A stretch of 64,000 nt of DNA. Origin: Octopus vulgaris. Its lineage: Eukaryota. Location of the stretch: assembly GCA_951406725.2 (NCBI GenBank), contig OX597821.1, forward strand, positions 93,372,001-93,436,000. The letters are read 5' to 3'. The position numbers and the translations under genes are program-made. Below the pieces are notes generated by a model. That model saw only the letters and a list, made by a program, of their open reading frames with translations. It was not told the origin of the DNA and did not search any database. Positions within the stretch are counted from its first letter, which is position 1. Each line of letters starts with the position of its first letter. Shown here in pieces: positions 23,761-37,151 of this stretch.

Positions 23761-24185
23761 AGGCACAGGAGTGGCTGTGTGGTAAGTAGCTTGCTAACCA
23801 GCCACATGGTTCCGGGTTCAGTCCCACTGTGTGGCATCTTGGGTAAGTGTCTTCTGCTATAGCCCTGGGCCGACCAATGCCTTTTGAGTGGGTTTGGTAG
23901 ACGGAAACTGAAAGAAGCCTGTTGTATATATGTATATATATATATGTGTGTGTGTGCTTGTGTGTCTGTGTTTGTTCCCCTAGCATTGCTTGACAACTGA
24001 TGCTGGTGTGTTTACGTCCCCGTCATTTAGCGGTTCAGCAAAAAGAGACCGATAGAATAAGTACTGGGCTTACAAAAAGAATAAGTCCCGGGGTCGAGTT
24101 GCTCGACTAAAGGCGGTGCTCCAGCATGGCCGCAGTCAAATGACTGAAACAAGTAAGAGAGTAAAAGAGTAAAGAGTAAAGAGTA
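23761..24185 (+). mobile_element. SINE family A, full length
   Basis: Complete copy. Confidence 0.92.
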
Positions 24186-24457
24186 TGTCATTTCTGGTTA
24201 CGTTGGTTCTCACCACTTTCTCGTACTTTACTACAAAAGTGATGATGGGGCAAAGTGCAATGCTATTGCCATTATGTACTCCATGATATGAGTATTGTGT
24301 CATCACATGCATTGTGAATTGTGATACAAGTGTATAAACAGATACATGTCACACAAACTTGGCTTGGTTCTTTTTTTTTCATCATTTATCTTCAGTTCTG
24401 AAACATAGGTATATGATTCCATAAACCCTCCCTCAATAAATAAAAGAAATATTCATC

Positions 24458-24622
24458 CACACAGGCGTGGCTGTGTGGTAAGAAGCTTGCTTCCCAACTA
24501 CATGGTTCCAGGTTCAGTCTCACAGCATGGCACCTTAGGCAAGTCTCTTTTACTATAGCCACAGGCCAACCAAAGCCTTGTGAGTGGATTTGGTAGACAG
24601 AAACTGAAAGAAGCCTGTCGTG
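24458..24622 (+). mobile_element. SINE family A, 5' half
   Basis: Head to AAGAAGCCTGTCG, then interrupted. Confidence 0.85.
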
Positions 24623-24624
24623 TA

Positions 24625-24964
24625 TCATCATCATCATCATCGTCGTTTAACGTCCGTTCTCCATGCTAGCATGGGTTGGACGGTTCGACCGGGGTTCTGG
24701 GAAGCCAGAAGGCTGCACCAGGCTCCAGTCTAATCTGGCAATGTTTCTACTGCTGGATGCCCTTCCTAACGTGTATATATATATATATATATATCACCCA
24801 CTACACTCACAGACTGGTTGGTGTTAGGAAGGGTATCCAGCTGTAGAAACACTGCCAGACCAGACTGGAGCCTGGTGCAGCCTCCTGGTTTCCCAGACCC
24901 CGGTCGAACCATCCGACCTGTGCTAGCACAGAAAATGGACGTTAAACGATGGTGATGATGATGA
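24625..24964. mobile_element. Head-to-head pair of RTE-like 3' ends
   Basis: Minus copy 24625-24770 and plus copy 24795-24964 separated by (TA)n. Confidence 0.85.
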
Positions 24965-25158
24965 CAATTATAAACAAGGGCAAAAGAAAAAAAAATTTAT
25001 GCCAATATGCTGAGAATAGACTTTAAATCATCAATCACCACATTACGATATACATTGACCATGAATACACATCGTACTGAATCCTTTCAAGGTATTCTAA
25101 TATGCTGCCACTTTGATGAAATTTTTTTTGGAAAAAATTTTATCCTATATTAGAAGTA

Positions 25159-25204
<46 letters not shown>

Positions 25205-25209
<5 letters not shown>

Positions 25210-25422
25210 TTGTGTGTCTGTATTTGTCACCCCCACCATCATTTGACAACCAATGTTGGTGTGTTTATGTCTCCATAACTTAGCGGTTTGGCAAAAGAGA
25301 CCGATAGAGTAAGTACTAGGCTTACAAAGAATAAGTCTTGTGGCCGATTTGTTTGACTAAAGGCAGTGCTCCAGCATGACCATAGTCAAATGACTGAAAC
25401 AAGTAAAAGAATAAAAGAATAA
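25205..25422 (+). mobile_element. SINE family A, 3' half
   Basis: Right arm and tail following (TG)n. Confidence 0.85.
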
Positions 25423-26174
25423 AGGAACATTGACCAGGACTACTTCCAGTTATTCTATTCACTGCAGAGGGAAAACTGTTTTGCTCTTGTCAATGCAGAG
25501 GTATAAAATCTTCCTTCTCTCTAGCTCTCAAATGGAGAGCTCCGACAAAGACACACCTTTCCTAATTACATAATTTTACCAAGCAGTGTTTTTTTTTTTC
25601 CAGTCAGCCAATGCAGGTCCAGCATGTTTTATCACTAGCAACATTAATTTAAGAAAATTTAATTTTTTCTTCAGTTTGTCTTCATTTGTCAAAATGAGGG
25701 TGTGTGTGTGTATGTTGTTGTTAACAATATCGTTGGAACTCTTCCACTTTATTAATTACTTGTCAAAATGTCTTCCTTTTGCAGAGTTGCATGCACACAT
25801 TCTCATGTATATTTAATCTTCTTTATTTTTCTTGTTCTGTTGCACTCCTTTGCACTACTGGTGGATGTTTTTTTTTTTTATTTTCTTTATTTTCAGGTGA
25901 GGAATCACCTTAAATTGAATGAAATCAAAACAAAACAAAATTTTATTTTAGTAAATGTTCAAATCAGACAGACTTTGTGTTTTCTTCGGTTTGAGATATC
26001 TAAAGTGTTCCAGGATACCCTTAAGTAATTTATGAAGAAATTTATTCAAAATGTTTTCCTTTCACTGCATTTGGTAAAAAGCCAAAATTCATGGAGAGAA
26101 CAAAAGTACATCCAATTGGGTAAAAACATCATCATCATCATCATCATTCTTTCTTTCTTTCTTTCTTTCTACTA

Positions 26175-26400
26175 CAAGCACAAGACCTGAAATTTGGCAG
26201 GAGGGAGGATAGTTGATTACATCAACCCCAGTACTTAGCTGGTATTTATTTTATTGACCTCAAAAGGAAGAAAGGATCAATCCTAAAAGGATCAAAGGCA
26301 AAGTTGACCTCTGTAGAATATGAACTTGGAACATAAAATCAGACAAAATGCCACTGAGCATTGTGTCTGGCATGCAAGCAGTTCCACCAGCTCACTTACA
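26175..26400 (-). mobile_element. SINE family C (diverged)
   Basis: CTGGTATTTATTTTATTGACC..AAAGGCAAAGTTGACCTC..CCAGCTCAC. Confidence 0.7.
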
Positions 26401-26759
26401 ATAATAACAACAACAATAATAATAATAATAATAATGATAGGTGGGGGCTCTGAAAGGGGTCTCAGTAAGTTGCGTCTCTGCCTTCCTGAGCTAGTTTTCC
26501 ACCACATTTTTAAAAAATCGTGGTATAGGTCTTGGTCTCAGGACCACTCATGTCTAGAAACTGAGGCTGGGGATAAGCAAGAGCATGCTCCCCATAGAAA
26601 TTCCAGCTCCAAAAAAGCCTCATGATAGCAAAAGAGAATGGGCACCAGCCAGCCCAAAGGTTGGGGTGGGCTGCACCTGCCTACCTCAGTTGCTATGGCA
26701 TTGAGGTAGATCCGGCCACCCCCATTAACAGGGACAAAACCCAGATTTAAAACACACTG

Positions 26760-26795
26760 GATGATGATGATGATGACGATTATGATGACGACGAC

Positions 26796-26851
<56 letters not shown>

Positions 26852-26930
26852 CGATGACGACGACGACGACGACGACGATGATGATGGTAGTGATGATGAT
26901 GATGATGATGACGACGATGATGATGATGAA
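26760..26930. repeat. (GAT)n microsatellite
   Basis: Trinucleotide array. Confidence 0.97.
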
Positions 26931-26999
26931 TGAAGATAACAACAACAACAATAATAATGAAATTGATAATGATGATGCTGGTTTCTTGTCAAAAGGGGA

Positions 27000-27940
27000 T
27001 ATTACAAATACATTACAATTTGTGTGAGTTCACATAAAACTGGGTGAAGAGAAAAATTAAAAAGAAGGAAAATCGAGAGGAAAAGTATACTGGAGTATAC
27101 ATAATATATGAATACAAAGATGATATAGTCCTCCTGATGCAGGAGGACTTCTAACTAGTGTCAGTCAACGAACCCTATACATCCAAGGACCTTGAACACC
27201 AAGGGCATATGCTCTCTCGCAACTGTTGTTTTCCAATCTACAGGTGCACCTTAATCATTTTCCACTTCAGTTTTTGACAAATCAACAAGTGGAGAATCCT
27301 GCCTTCTCTATCCTCTCCTGCCTTTTCAATTGGAACTAGAAGACGTTGATAAAATTTGACCAAAAATAACAGTGCCTGTTCTCAGTTATTCAACCATGTT
27401 CACAATGCAACCTCTTTCGCCGTATCGACTGGAAGAATGAAAACTGTCTGCCCAATAAAAGAGGGTGGACGGTAATCATCGTGATCAACTTAGCAAAAAG
27501 CTGGATCAGCCCTACTAGGGATAAAAGCTGTTTGACAAAACCCACAAGTCAGCAATGCTTGACCACTGCACAAATATATGCAGTAGTTTCATCATTCTGT
27601 ACATATATCAGACAGTTACATCTGATGACACTTTCCATTCTGTAAAATTTATCTCTAATCAGTTGTGCATCCATAGTAGTCCTTGATCTGAAAGTTTTCC
27701 ACAAGAGTCGAGTCAGTTCATCCTTGTTGGCACCTACTATGTTATCATGCTCATTCAGAACTAGTTTTCTGAATATTACTAAACTGGAACTTCTACTGAC
27801 ATGCAGCATGGATATGCTTGTAGATTTTATCCCTCTGGTAATCTGTCAAGCCAAGGATCTTGGAAAATTTTCATAATTCCTAACATGAATGTCTTTCAGA
27901 ACTTTGATCAAGGAATGCAACTTGGTTAAAGAGATGAGCT
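27000..27940 (-). mobile_element. Possible Tx1/L1-like LINE 3' remnant
   Basis: Minus translation LWK...LIRDKFYR...CNCLI...ETTAYIC resembles the zf-RVT C-terminal region; heavily decayed. Confidence 0.35.
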
Positions 27941-27964
27941 AATAATAACTATTCGTCCGAATCA

Positions 27965-28393
27965 GAAGCAGTTTTAAGGGGTAGGAGTAGTCAATGCTGT
28001 TGATTCCAGTACTCAATTAGTACCTTATATCATCAAGTCCAGAAAGATGAAAGGCAAAGTTAACCCTGGTGGGGTTTAAACTCAGAGAGTAAAGAGTCGG
28101 ACCAAATGCCACAAATAATTTTTTATGATGCTTTAACAATTTTGCCAGTTTGCTGCTTTAGACAAACTAATAATAATCCTTTCTGCTGGAAGTACAAGGC
28201 CTCAGATTTAGAGGAAGGGATTAAGTCGATCTCATCGACCCCAGTGCATAACTAGTACTAATTTTAATCGACCCCGAACAAATGAAAGGCAAAGTCGACC
28301 TCGGTGGAATTTGAACTCAGGACGTAACAGCAGACAAAATACTGCGAAGCATTTTGTCTGGCATGCTATCAATTCTGCCAGCTTGCCACCTTA
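27965..28393 (-). mobile_element. Two tandem family C SINEs
   Basis: Two ATGAAAGGCAAAGT..AACTCAG..TGCCAG units. Confidence 0.8.
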
Positions 28394-28917
28394 GGCAAAC
28401 TAATAATAATAAAAAATAGGCACAAAATCAGAAATTTTCTTAGGGAGAAGGACAGTTGACTGGTACTTTAAGTACTCTGAAAGGCTGAACTTAAAGGCCA
28501 GGAAGAAATACTGTAATGCATTTTTTTCCAATGCACTAATAGCTCTGTTAATCCATGACCTATAATTAATAATTATGGATAATTTGGTCACAAGGCCAGC
28601 AATGCTACCATAAATTCTAAAATAAAATTCAGGATTTATGGAGAGTCAAAGTTGGGAACAAGTACAGAACATCACCAAAGTAGAAAACATTTACCTTTTA
28701 TCAAATTGGGTCTCTTTTACTCTAAACTGGTATTAGTAGAGCTTCCATAGAATGACTCAAATATATTACTCTATGGGGTCACTCAATCTGCTATAAATTG
28801 CTGTCAAATCTCCTACCAGTTTAGAAAAGAAGGCTACTATAGGTAATGGTTTTGTTAACTGACCAAGAATGTACTTCTAATTTAGCTGTTGCAAAGATAT
28901 ACATTCATAGAGCGATG

Positions 28918-29072
28918 GTGCTGGGATTGTCTCATGCTCCTGGCTTTACGAAATGTATTAACGATGTAAGAGGAACAGCTCTAAATAGGAATGAAAACCA
29001 ACTCACAGGCATTACTTCTTGAGAACAAATCTGTTGTGTGATTTTCACAAGAACAGTAATAAACAGAACAAT
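28918..29072. repeat. ~150-bp low-copy duplicated segment, copy 1
   Basis: Direct paralog of 38745-38902 with the identical core AAAACCAACTCACAGGCATTACTTCTTGAGAACAAA. Confidence 0.9.
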
Positions 29073-29405
29073 GGTGGTGGTGGTGGTGGTCGTCGTTGTC
29101 GTCGTCATCGTCATCGTCATCATCGTCGTGGTGTTCATGGTGGTCATGATGATGATGATGTTGATAGGGTGAGGGGAGATGATGATGGTGATGATGATGA
29201 TGATGATGATGATGATAATAGCGAGGACAGCAATGATAACTAGGAAGGAGTGAAGTGAGTGGAATTTAAATAAACTGAAATGAAAAGCAAAGGAAAAATA
29301 TTCTGGGAAAAATTCCAAAAATTTGAAAAAGATGATTGAAAATTAGCAATAGAATAATAAATGAAAAAACACTAACAACTAACAAACAAACAAACAAATA
29401 AATAC

Positions 29406-29406
<1 letters not shown>

Positions 29407-29464
<58 letters not shown>

Positions 29465-29490
29465 TAGTAATAATGATAATAATAATAATA
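29407..29490. repeat. (AAT)n microsatellite
   Basis: Trinucleotide array. Confidence 0.95.
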
Positions 29491-29933
29491 GGGGAAACAG
29501 ATAAATTTAATAGAATAGAATAAAATAAAATAGAAGAAATGGAACAGACGAATAAACAAGAAAACATCAGTAGAAGAAAGTGGCATAAATTACTGATGAT
29601 AGTTGTGAAGCACAAAGCAAAAGTTTATAGCAAGATTATTTGAAGGAGTAGGAGAACTGAAAAGTGAGATAGATTAAAGTAATATAAAAGGCAAAGAAAT
29701 AAAATTGGAGGTTAATTTCTCTTAAATGCCAGCATCTTCTGACATCTTCTTTGGTTTTTTTTATTAGTCGGCCATTTTGTCATGGCGTCTGTGTTGTGTT
29801 TGTTTGCTACAGCTTCGATCTTCTTCATTCCACTCATTTCACATCAATAGCTACTGTTTTGGAAATTTGTAGTTGGCACGTGTGTGGGTGTGTTATGGCA
29901 TGCGTGTGTTCAATTATGTGAATGTGTGATTGT

Positions 29934-29982
<49 letters not shown>

Positions 29983-30032
29983 GGTACTGAGAACAAAATG
30001 CATGCATATGCATGTGTTTATGGATGTGTATA

Positions 30033-30274
30033 TACTCTTTTTACTCTTTTTACTCTTTTAGTTGTTTCAGTCAGTTGACTGCGGCCATGCTGGAGCACCG
30101 CCTTTAGTCGAGCATCTCGACCCCGGGACTTATTCTTTGTAAGCCCAGTAATTATTCTATCGGTCTCTTTTGCCGAACCGCTAAGTGATGGGGACATAAA
30201 CACACCAGCATCCATTGTCAAGCAATGCTAGGGGGTCAAAGACAGACACACAAACATACACACACACACACACG

Positions 30275-30314
<40 letters not shown>

Positions 30315-30476
30315 TACGATGGGCTTCTTTCAGTTTCCGTCTACCAAATCCACTCGCAAGGCTTTGGTCGGCCCGAGGCTATAGTAGAAGACACTTGCCC
30401 AAGGTCCCACGCAGCGGGACTGAACCCGGAACCATGTGGTTGGTAAGCAAGCTACTTACCACACAGCCACTCCTGT
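30033..30476 (-). mobile_element. SINE family A, full length
   Basis: Complete copy. Confidence 0.92.
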
Positions 30477-30749
30477 GTGTACCTAAGTGTATTTTCGTTT
30501 GTGTGTGTATGGACATATGACAAATAGAGAGTGCGTGTGACTGTGAGTTAATAGCCGAGTTGATAGAGTTCAGGAGAATCAGCTGCAAGCTTGCCAGCTC
30601 GTATTTTGTTTCTGTCATTACTTAGTATTCCTGGCCAAAACTGCTTGTTCTTGATTGAGTGAACAAGTTCAGTACAAAGAAGGACCCAGTGATTGGAGGT
30701 AAATAGAAGGAGAGTAAAATTAATGAGTACTATAATGAGTAAATTAATG

Positions 30750-31160
30750 AGGCGCAGGAGTGGCTGTGTGGTAAGTAGCTTGCTAACCAACCACATGGTT
30801 CCGGGTTCAGTCCCACTGCGTGGCATCTTGGGCAAGTGTCTTCTGCTATAGCCCCGGGCCGACAAACGCCCTGTGAGTGGATTTGGTAGACGGAAACTGA
30901 AACAAGCCTGTCGTATATATGTATATATGTGTGTGTTTGTGTGTCTGTGTTTGTCCCCCTAGCATTGCTTGACAACCAATGCTGGTGTGTTTACGTCTCC
31001 GTAACTTAGCCGTTCAGCAAAAGAGACCGATAAAATAAGTACTGGGCTTACAAAGAATAAGTCCCGGGGTCGATTTGCTCAACTAACGGCGGTGCTCCAG
31101 CATGGCCGCAGTCAAATGACTGAAACAAGTAAAAGAGTAAAAGAGTAAGAGTAAAGAGTA
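30750..31160 (+). mobile_element. SINE family A, full length
   Basis: Complete copy. Confidence 0.92.
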
Positions 31161-31470
31161 TATCATTAGCTTTCATTACTGAGTAGAAATCCTTCTCTAA
31201 GTGTAGCTTAGGGAGATGAGAACTTCACCCTAGCTACAATACCTTCATATGAAGTCCTTGGAGTTGTCCCAAATTTCTCATTTGGCACACTGCCAACCTA
31301 CTACTATTATTTTACTGTTTACACAGTAAAAAAAATGTTGACCTTTCAGAGCCAACTTAGCTGATAGTAATTTGGTACGACTTTAGCACTGATACTTGTA
31401 TAATTCAGTGGCTTCAGCTCCCACTGTCAGGTCATGTTGCTTAATTTTCTGAGCGAGAACTTATGTATCA

Positions 31471-31681
31471 TACTCTTACTCTCTTTTACTTGTTTCAGTC
31501 ATTTGACTGCGGCCATGCTGGAGCACCGCCTTTAGTCGAGCAAATCGACCCCGGGACTTATTCTTTGTAAGCCCAGTACTTATTCTATCGGTCTCTTTTG
31601 CCAAACCACTAGGTGACAGGGACGTAAATACACCAGCATCGGTTGTCAAGCAATGCTAGGGGGACAAACACAGACACACAA

Positions 31682-31712
<31 letters not shown>

Positions 31713-31882
31713 CATATATACGACAGGTTTCTTTCAGTTTCCGTCTACCAAATCCACTCACAAGGCATTGGTTGGCCCGGGGCTATAGCAGAAGACACTT
31801 GCCCAAGATGCCACGCAGTGGGACTGAACCCGGAACCATGTGGCTGGTTAGCAAGCTACTTACCACACAGCCACTCCTGCGC
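31471..31882 (-). mobile_element. SINE family A, full length
   Basis: Complete copy. Confidence 0.92.
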
Positions 31883-32580
31883 ACGTTCTTTTTTTCTAAG
31901 GATTCAACTGGGGTGACTGCTTGTGTTGGTCAGCCACATGCCACATGATCATGCTGGATGAAGGATTTATCTTGCAGGGATGGGACATTACTCAGAGGGT
32001 TGACCTAAGGAAATACCAGTAAATGGCAAATGCAACAACATACTGCAACAGTGGATGCCCCCACCAACACCATCAATTATAACTGATCAGACCTGCCCTA
32101 GCACTGTGCATCTCTCTTACACTCAACTCTCTTGCATTTCATATCATCTGGACAGCCACCTACCATCTTCTCTAAATGATAAAGCCGTTTTTGTCCTGCT
32201 TTTCTTCCGTCAACCTGTACATAACTGCACCTTCCATTTTTTGTTGTTTTTGTACTGCTTAAAGGCATGTTTCTTTCCTGCCAAGCTTACTGTTTAAACC
32301 ATGTTTGTGTTCTCCCAGTCAACAGCCTTATCATTACTGGTACTTTAAACTTTTCGGTTGCATATTTGTGTAAATAAAATCGTTTTTCTTTGGAGTAGAA
32401 AAAAAGTCTATCTTTATTTCTTCTTTTGCTGGTGTCTCAAATTTAGGTTAAATCAGTGTTTCTCAAAGGGGAGGCCTATGGGACGGTTGGACAAGTTGTT
32501 TTGAGAAAATTTGGCTTAAATGTTTGACAATTCAGCACCGTCCATTGGACGGGGGGGGGGGGCGTTTTGCTCATATATAA

Positions 32581-33150
32581 TATATATACATACATATACA
32601 TATGCACACACGCATACACACTTACACAATTAAAATGAAAAAGGAAAAAAGGAAAAAAATATATAAAAAAAATTTTAAATTAATGGAAGTTAAAACATAA
32701 GGGAAAGTTTGTGCAGGGACATAGTAGAAATGTGGATTCTAGCTGTGATCTTGGGGGGGGCCCAAAACCCTGTTAGGTATTTTGTGACACATGGACATGA
32801 TCCAAAGAGTTCAGTTCTTGAATTTAAACATATAGCGGGGCCTAAGGAACTTTTCCGGATGAGTGTGGTGAACTTTTCCAGATGACCACACTTGCCACTA
32901 TCACTTATATTCAAGAACTGAACTCTTTAGATCATGCCCATATATAACAAAATAACTGTTATGCTTTTGGACGCCGCAAGATCACGGCTAAAATCCACAT
33001 TTCTACTATGTCCCTGCACAAACTTTGCCACATGTTTTAACTTCCATTAATTTTTAATATATAATTTTTTTATTTTTTATATATATTATTTCATTTTTCT
33101 TTTTAATTGTGTGAGTATGTACATGTGTGTGCATATGTATATGTATATAT
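32581..33150. repeat. Long imperfect inverted repeat (fold-back element)
   Basis: ~245-bp arms, e.g. AAAGTTTGTGCAGGGACATAGTAGAAATGTGGATT vs AATCCACATTTCTACTATGTCCCTGCACAAACTTT; ~80-bp spacer. Confidence 0.88.
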
Positions 33151-33512
33151 ATATATATATATATTATATGTATATATGTGTGTGTGTGTATATATGTGTA
33201 TATGTATATGCATGTATATGAGTGTAAGACTGTGTCCAGTGCATATGTGCAGTTTCCATGCACATACCCCCTTCATTTATATGGATATGCATATGTCTGT
33301 GTATGTGCTGGTGTAGATGTGTGATGGGAAGGTGTACATATATATATATATACATACATATATAGGGTATATATATATATGTATATATATAAACATATAT
33401 ATATATACATACATATATATATATATACATGCATATATATACATACATATATACATACATACATATATACATATATACATACATACATACATATATATAT
33501 AGATATATATAC

Positions 33513-33578
<66 letters not shown>

Positions 33579-33679
33579 ATGTATATTTATATGCATAAAT
33601 GTCTATATATATATGTATTATGCTACATGTATGCATATAAGCACCTATGTGTTTATGAGAATTTTGTTGCATACATATA

Positions 33680-33945
33680 TCATCATCATCCTTATTGTTT
33701 AACATCCGTTTTCCATGCTGGCATGGGTCAGACGATTTGACTGAGATCCAGAAAGCCAGCAACTGCACCAGGAGCCACTCTGATCTGGCAAATGCTTCTA
33801 CAGCTGGATACCCTTCCTAACACCAACCACTCTGGGAGTGTAGCAGGTGCTTTTTATGTGCCACTGACACAGGAACCAGCCAGGGGACCCTAGCATCAAT
33901 CATGTTCAGATAGTGCTGTTTACGTTCCACTGGCACAGGAGCCAG
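33680..33945 (-). mobile_element. RTE-like LINE 3' end
   Basis: TTTAACATCCGTTTTCCATGCT..CTACAGCTGGATACCCTTCCTAA. Confidence 0.8.
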
Positions 33946-34466
33946 TATATATATACAGACATACATTCGCATTCCCACATACAGATTGTATGTGCTTGTA
34001 CATACGTATAGATAGGTTTATACTTGCATGTATGTATCTAAGACATATCTATTCACCATTAGACAGTGGTGAAAGGAACATATGTATATATACAACCTTT
34101 GACAGAATAACAGTTATATATACAACTTGAACAGACACACATATCAGTACCTAAACATACATTTACATGTACATACACATATACACACATACACAGACAC
34201 GTCTACACACTTACATATCTAAATATTCACATACATAAGTGCATGATTACATACATACATACATACATGCATGTGTGTACATGCGTATATGAATGCATGT
34301 GCATGTATACATATACATACACACATACACACATACATACATACATACATACATACATTAAAAAATCTGTAAAACTTTCCAGAAGTTTATCATTTAAATA
34401 TATATGAGCATGTCTAGATATGCTACTATATGCATGAGAATACATACATAAAACATACAAATCTGC

Positions 34467-34670
34467 ACATACATACATACATACATACATACATACATAC
34501 ATACATACATACATACATACATACATACATACATACATACATACATGCATACATGCATACATGCATACATACATGCATACATACATACATACATACATAC
34601 ATGCATACATACATACATACATACATACATACATACATACATACATACATACATACATACATACATACAT
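34467..34670. repeat. (CATA)n microsatellite
   Basis: Tetranucleotide array. Confidence 0.97.
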
Positions 34671-35204
34671 ACCCTATTCTTGATGTTGAAATTCCAATGA
34701 AGGAACCCTGGATCTAGGTTAGAAACTGGTTCTTTCTCTATTGGCATTAAATCATGAAATAAACTGTATAATGACTTACATAAACACACACCTATCATGA
34801 ACTAACTGTTACTCTCTCAGATGCAACATGAAGTTTTGTCAGTGAACAGGACGTGGTTTCAAAGCAACAAAAATATTTTGACACAAATAAATTTAAATGT
34901 CGAAGTGAAACTAATGGTTTTTGTGTGTTTTTGAATGGCTTACAAGCATCTTCCATGCTGCAATTGTTTTTGTTTCAGCCCACGATTTCAGATCAAGTGA
35001 TTTGCTATGCAAGTTCATCTTAATTTAATTTAATTTATTTCAATTTATTTTCCCTGTTCTTACAGCATGACTAAATCAGCTTAAAGACAAATGAAATCAG
35101 TAACATCTTTTGATAAAGATGTAAATATATTCTTTCTTTTGTCCATGATAAACTTCTCAAAACATTTTCTTCTTTCATCTTTTAATACACACACACACAC
35201 ACAT

Positions 35205-35561
35205 ATTCTTTTATTCTTTAACTTGAATCACTCATTTGACTGTGGCCATACTGGACCACTGCCTTGAAGAGTTTTTTTTTAGTCAAACAAACCAACCTCA
35301 GGATTTTTTTAAGCATAGTACTTACACTATCAAACTCTTTTACCAAACTGCTAGGCTATGGGGATGTAAACACCTTAACACCGGTTGTCAAGCAGTGACA
35401 AGAAGACAAACACAGACACAAAGACGCACTGGCATTAGGAAGGGCATCCAGCTGTAGAAACACTGCCAGATCAGATTGGAGCCTGGAGCAGATATCTGGT
35501 TTGCCAGTCTTCAATCAAATCGTCCAACCCATGCTAGAATGGAAAGTGGACGTTAAAACGA

Positions 35562-35607
<46 letters not shown>

Positions 35608-35757
35608 CAGGCTTTCAGTTTACATCTACCGTCCACTCGCAAGGCTTCAGTCAGCCCAAGGCTCTAGTAAAAGACACTAACCCAGGATGCCCCACAGTGT
35701 GACTTGATCTTGGAACCATGTGGCTGGTAAGCAAGCTTCTCACCACACAGCCACACC
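35205..35757 (-). mobile_element. SINE family A (diverged) split by an RTE 3' end at 35428-35543
   Basis: 3' half at 35205-35422 and 5' half at 35605-35757, with an RTE tail inserted at the central microsatellite. Confidence 0.8.
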
Positions 35758-35814
35758 TAATATAAATATACCTTTTATGTGATATATTTTAGTGCCTTGA
35801 CATTATGTTATATA

Positions 35815-35989
35815 CCATATTTTAACATGTATAAGGTACCCTTTTTGTCAAAAATTAGGTTAAAAAATATAGGAGTTCTTAAACATGGATAGTATTATAA
35901 TCCTTTACACAACCCTGTTTCCAAATTTCAAGCCCCCAAAATTAGGGGTTCCTTATATACGGGGGTTCCTTATGCATATTAAAATATGG
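35815..35989. mobile_element. Tc2/pogo-like MITE
   Basis: TIRs CCATATTTTAACATGTATAAGG / CCTTATGCATATTAAAATATGG, both flanked by TA. Confidence 0.78.
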
Positions 35990-36470
35990 TACATTCTTTT
36001 TTGCAAAGGAATCTTCACTTCCTTATTAAATGTATATCTTCTCTATGTTGGTACATCAAGTGTTAATATCTTCAGTTAAAATTATTAAAGATCCTTGGAA
36101 CTACCTTTATTAGTTCTCAAGATTATTATGTTGTCACTTCTATATCTTTATTGCTTCCATTATTCTTCAGATTGGTTAATTTTTTTTTCCCTTCTAAATA
36201 TTAATATAATTTCTATTGATCGTGTTTAATTCTAGATTGTTCGTCCTCCTGTGGGCCATGTATGACATGTTTCAGTTTCATATCCTGGCCAGTTGTAATC
36301 CCTGGAGAAAGAGAAGAACTAGACAAATATAAATGGTAAAGTTTTGGGACAGTCTTGAAGTATGTACTGGTATTAATTAGCTATCATTTGACAGTTCTTC
36401 CATCTTCCCTTGAATTCTAAGGAACGACTATATTACCCAAAAGAACATCTATTTATTCAGTATATTATTT

Positions 36471-36800
36471 GTGAAGATGCGTGGCTTAGTGGTTAGGGCC
36501 TTTGGCACATGATCATAAAGTCAGGAGTTCGATTCCCAGTGGTGCAAGAAACTTTATTTCTTGAGCAAGAAACGGTATTTCACATTGCTCCAGTCCACTC
36601 AGCTGTCAAAAATGAGTTGTACCTTTATTTCAAAGCGCAAGTCTTGTTATATTCCATGTCACGCTGAATCTCCCTGAGAACTACATTAAGAGTATGCATG
36701 TCTGTGGAGTGCTCAGCCACATGCATGTTAATTTCATGAGCAGGCTGTTCCATTGACCAGATCAACCGGGACCTCATCATTGTAATTGATGGTATACTAG
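36471..36800 (+). mobile_element. SINE family E (tRNA-derived)
   Basis: TGGCTTAGTGG A box, GAGTTCGATTCC B box, CTTGAGCAAG..TTGCTCCAGTCCACTCAGCTG domain; homologous to 49103 and 53504. Confidence 0.85.
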
Positions 36801-37096
36801 TTTTATATTACTATATTACTAGTATGGATATCTGTCCAGGTGTAAACTTAAGAACATCTGTATGCGTTTGTTTATGTATATGTGTATCTGTTGTATTTGT
36901 GTGTGTCATTTAGCATGTGAATAAGTCTATGTGTTTGTGTGTCTGTATGTATATACATGTGTCAAACATATTCTCTGATCAATAGTTAAAATTTCATTTA
37001 AATTATAAATATCCAATATGAAAGTTGTGAATGTTTGAATCTTCAGAAACTATATCTATATTTAAAAAAAATTTTGAAATATGTAAATATATGTGG

Positions 37097-37151
<55 letters not shown>

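Noticed and set aside
27124-27148. GTCCTCCTG-ATG-CAGGAGGAC hairpin resembling an intrinsic terminator
   Set aside because: Eukaryotic context; a single short hairpin inside a decayed LINE region
34690-34745. Hammerhead-like ATGAAGG-AACC..GGTT-AGAAACTGGTT
   Set aside because: The core deviates at two positions and no stem I forms next to the putative cleavage site
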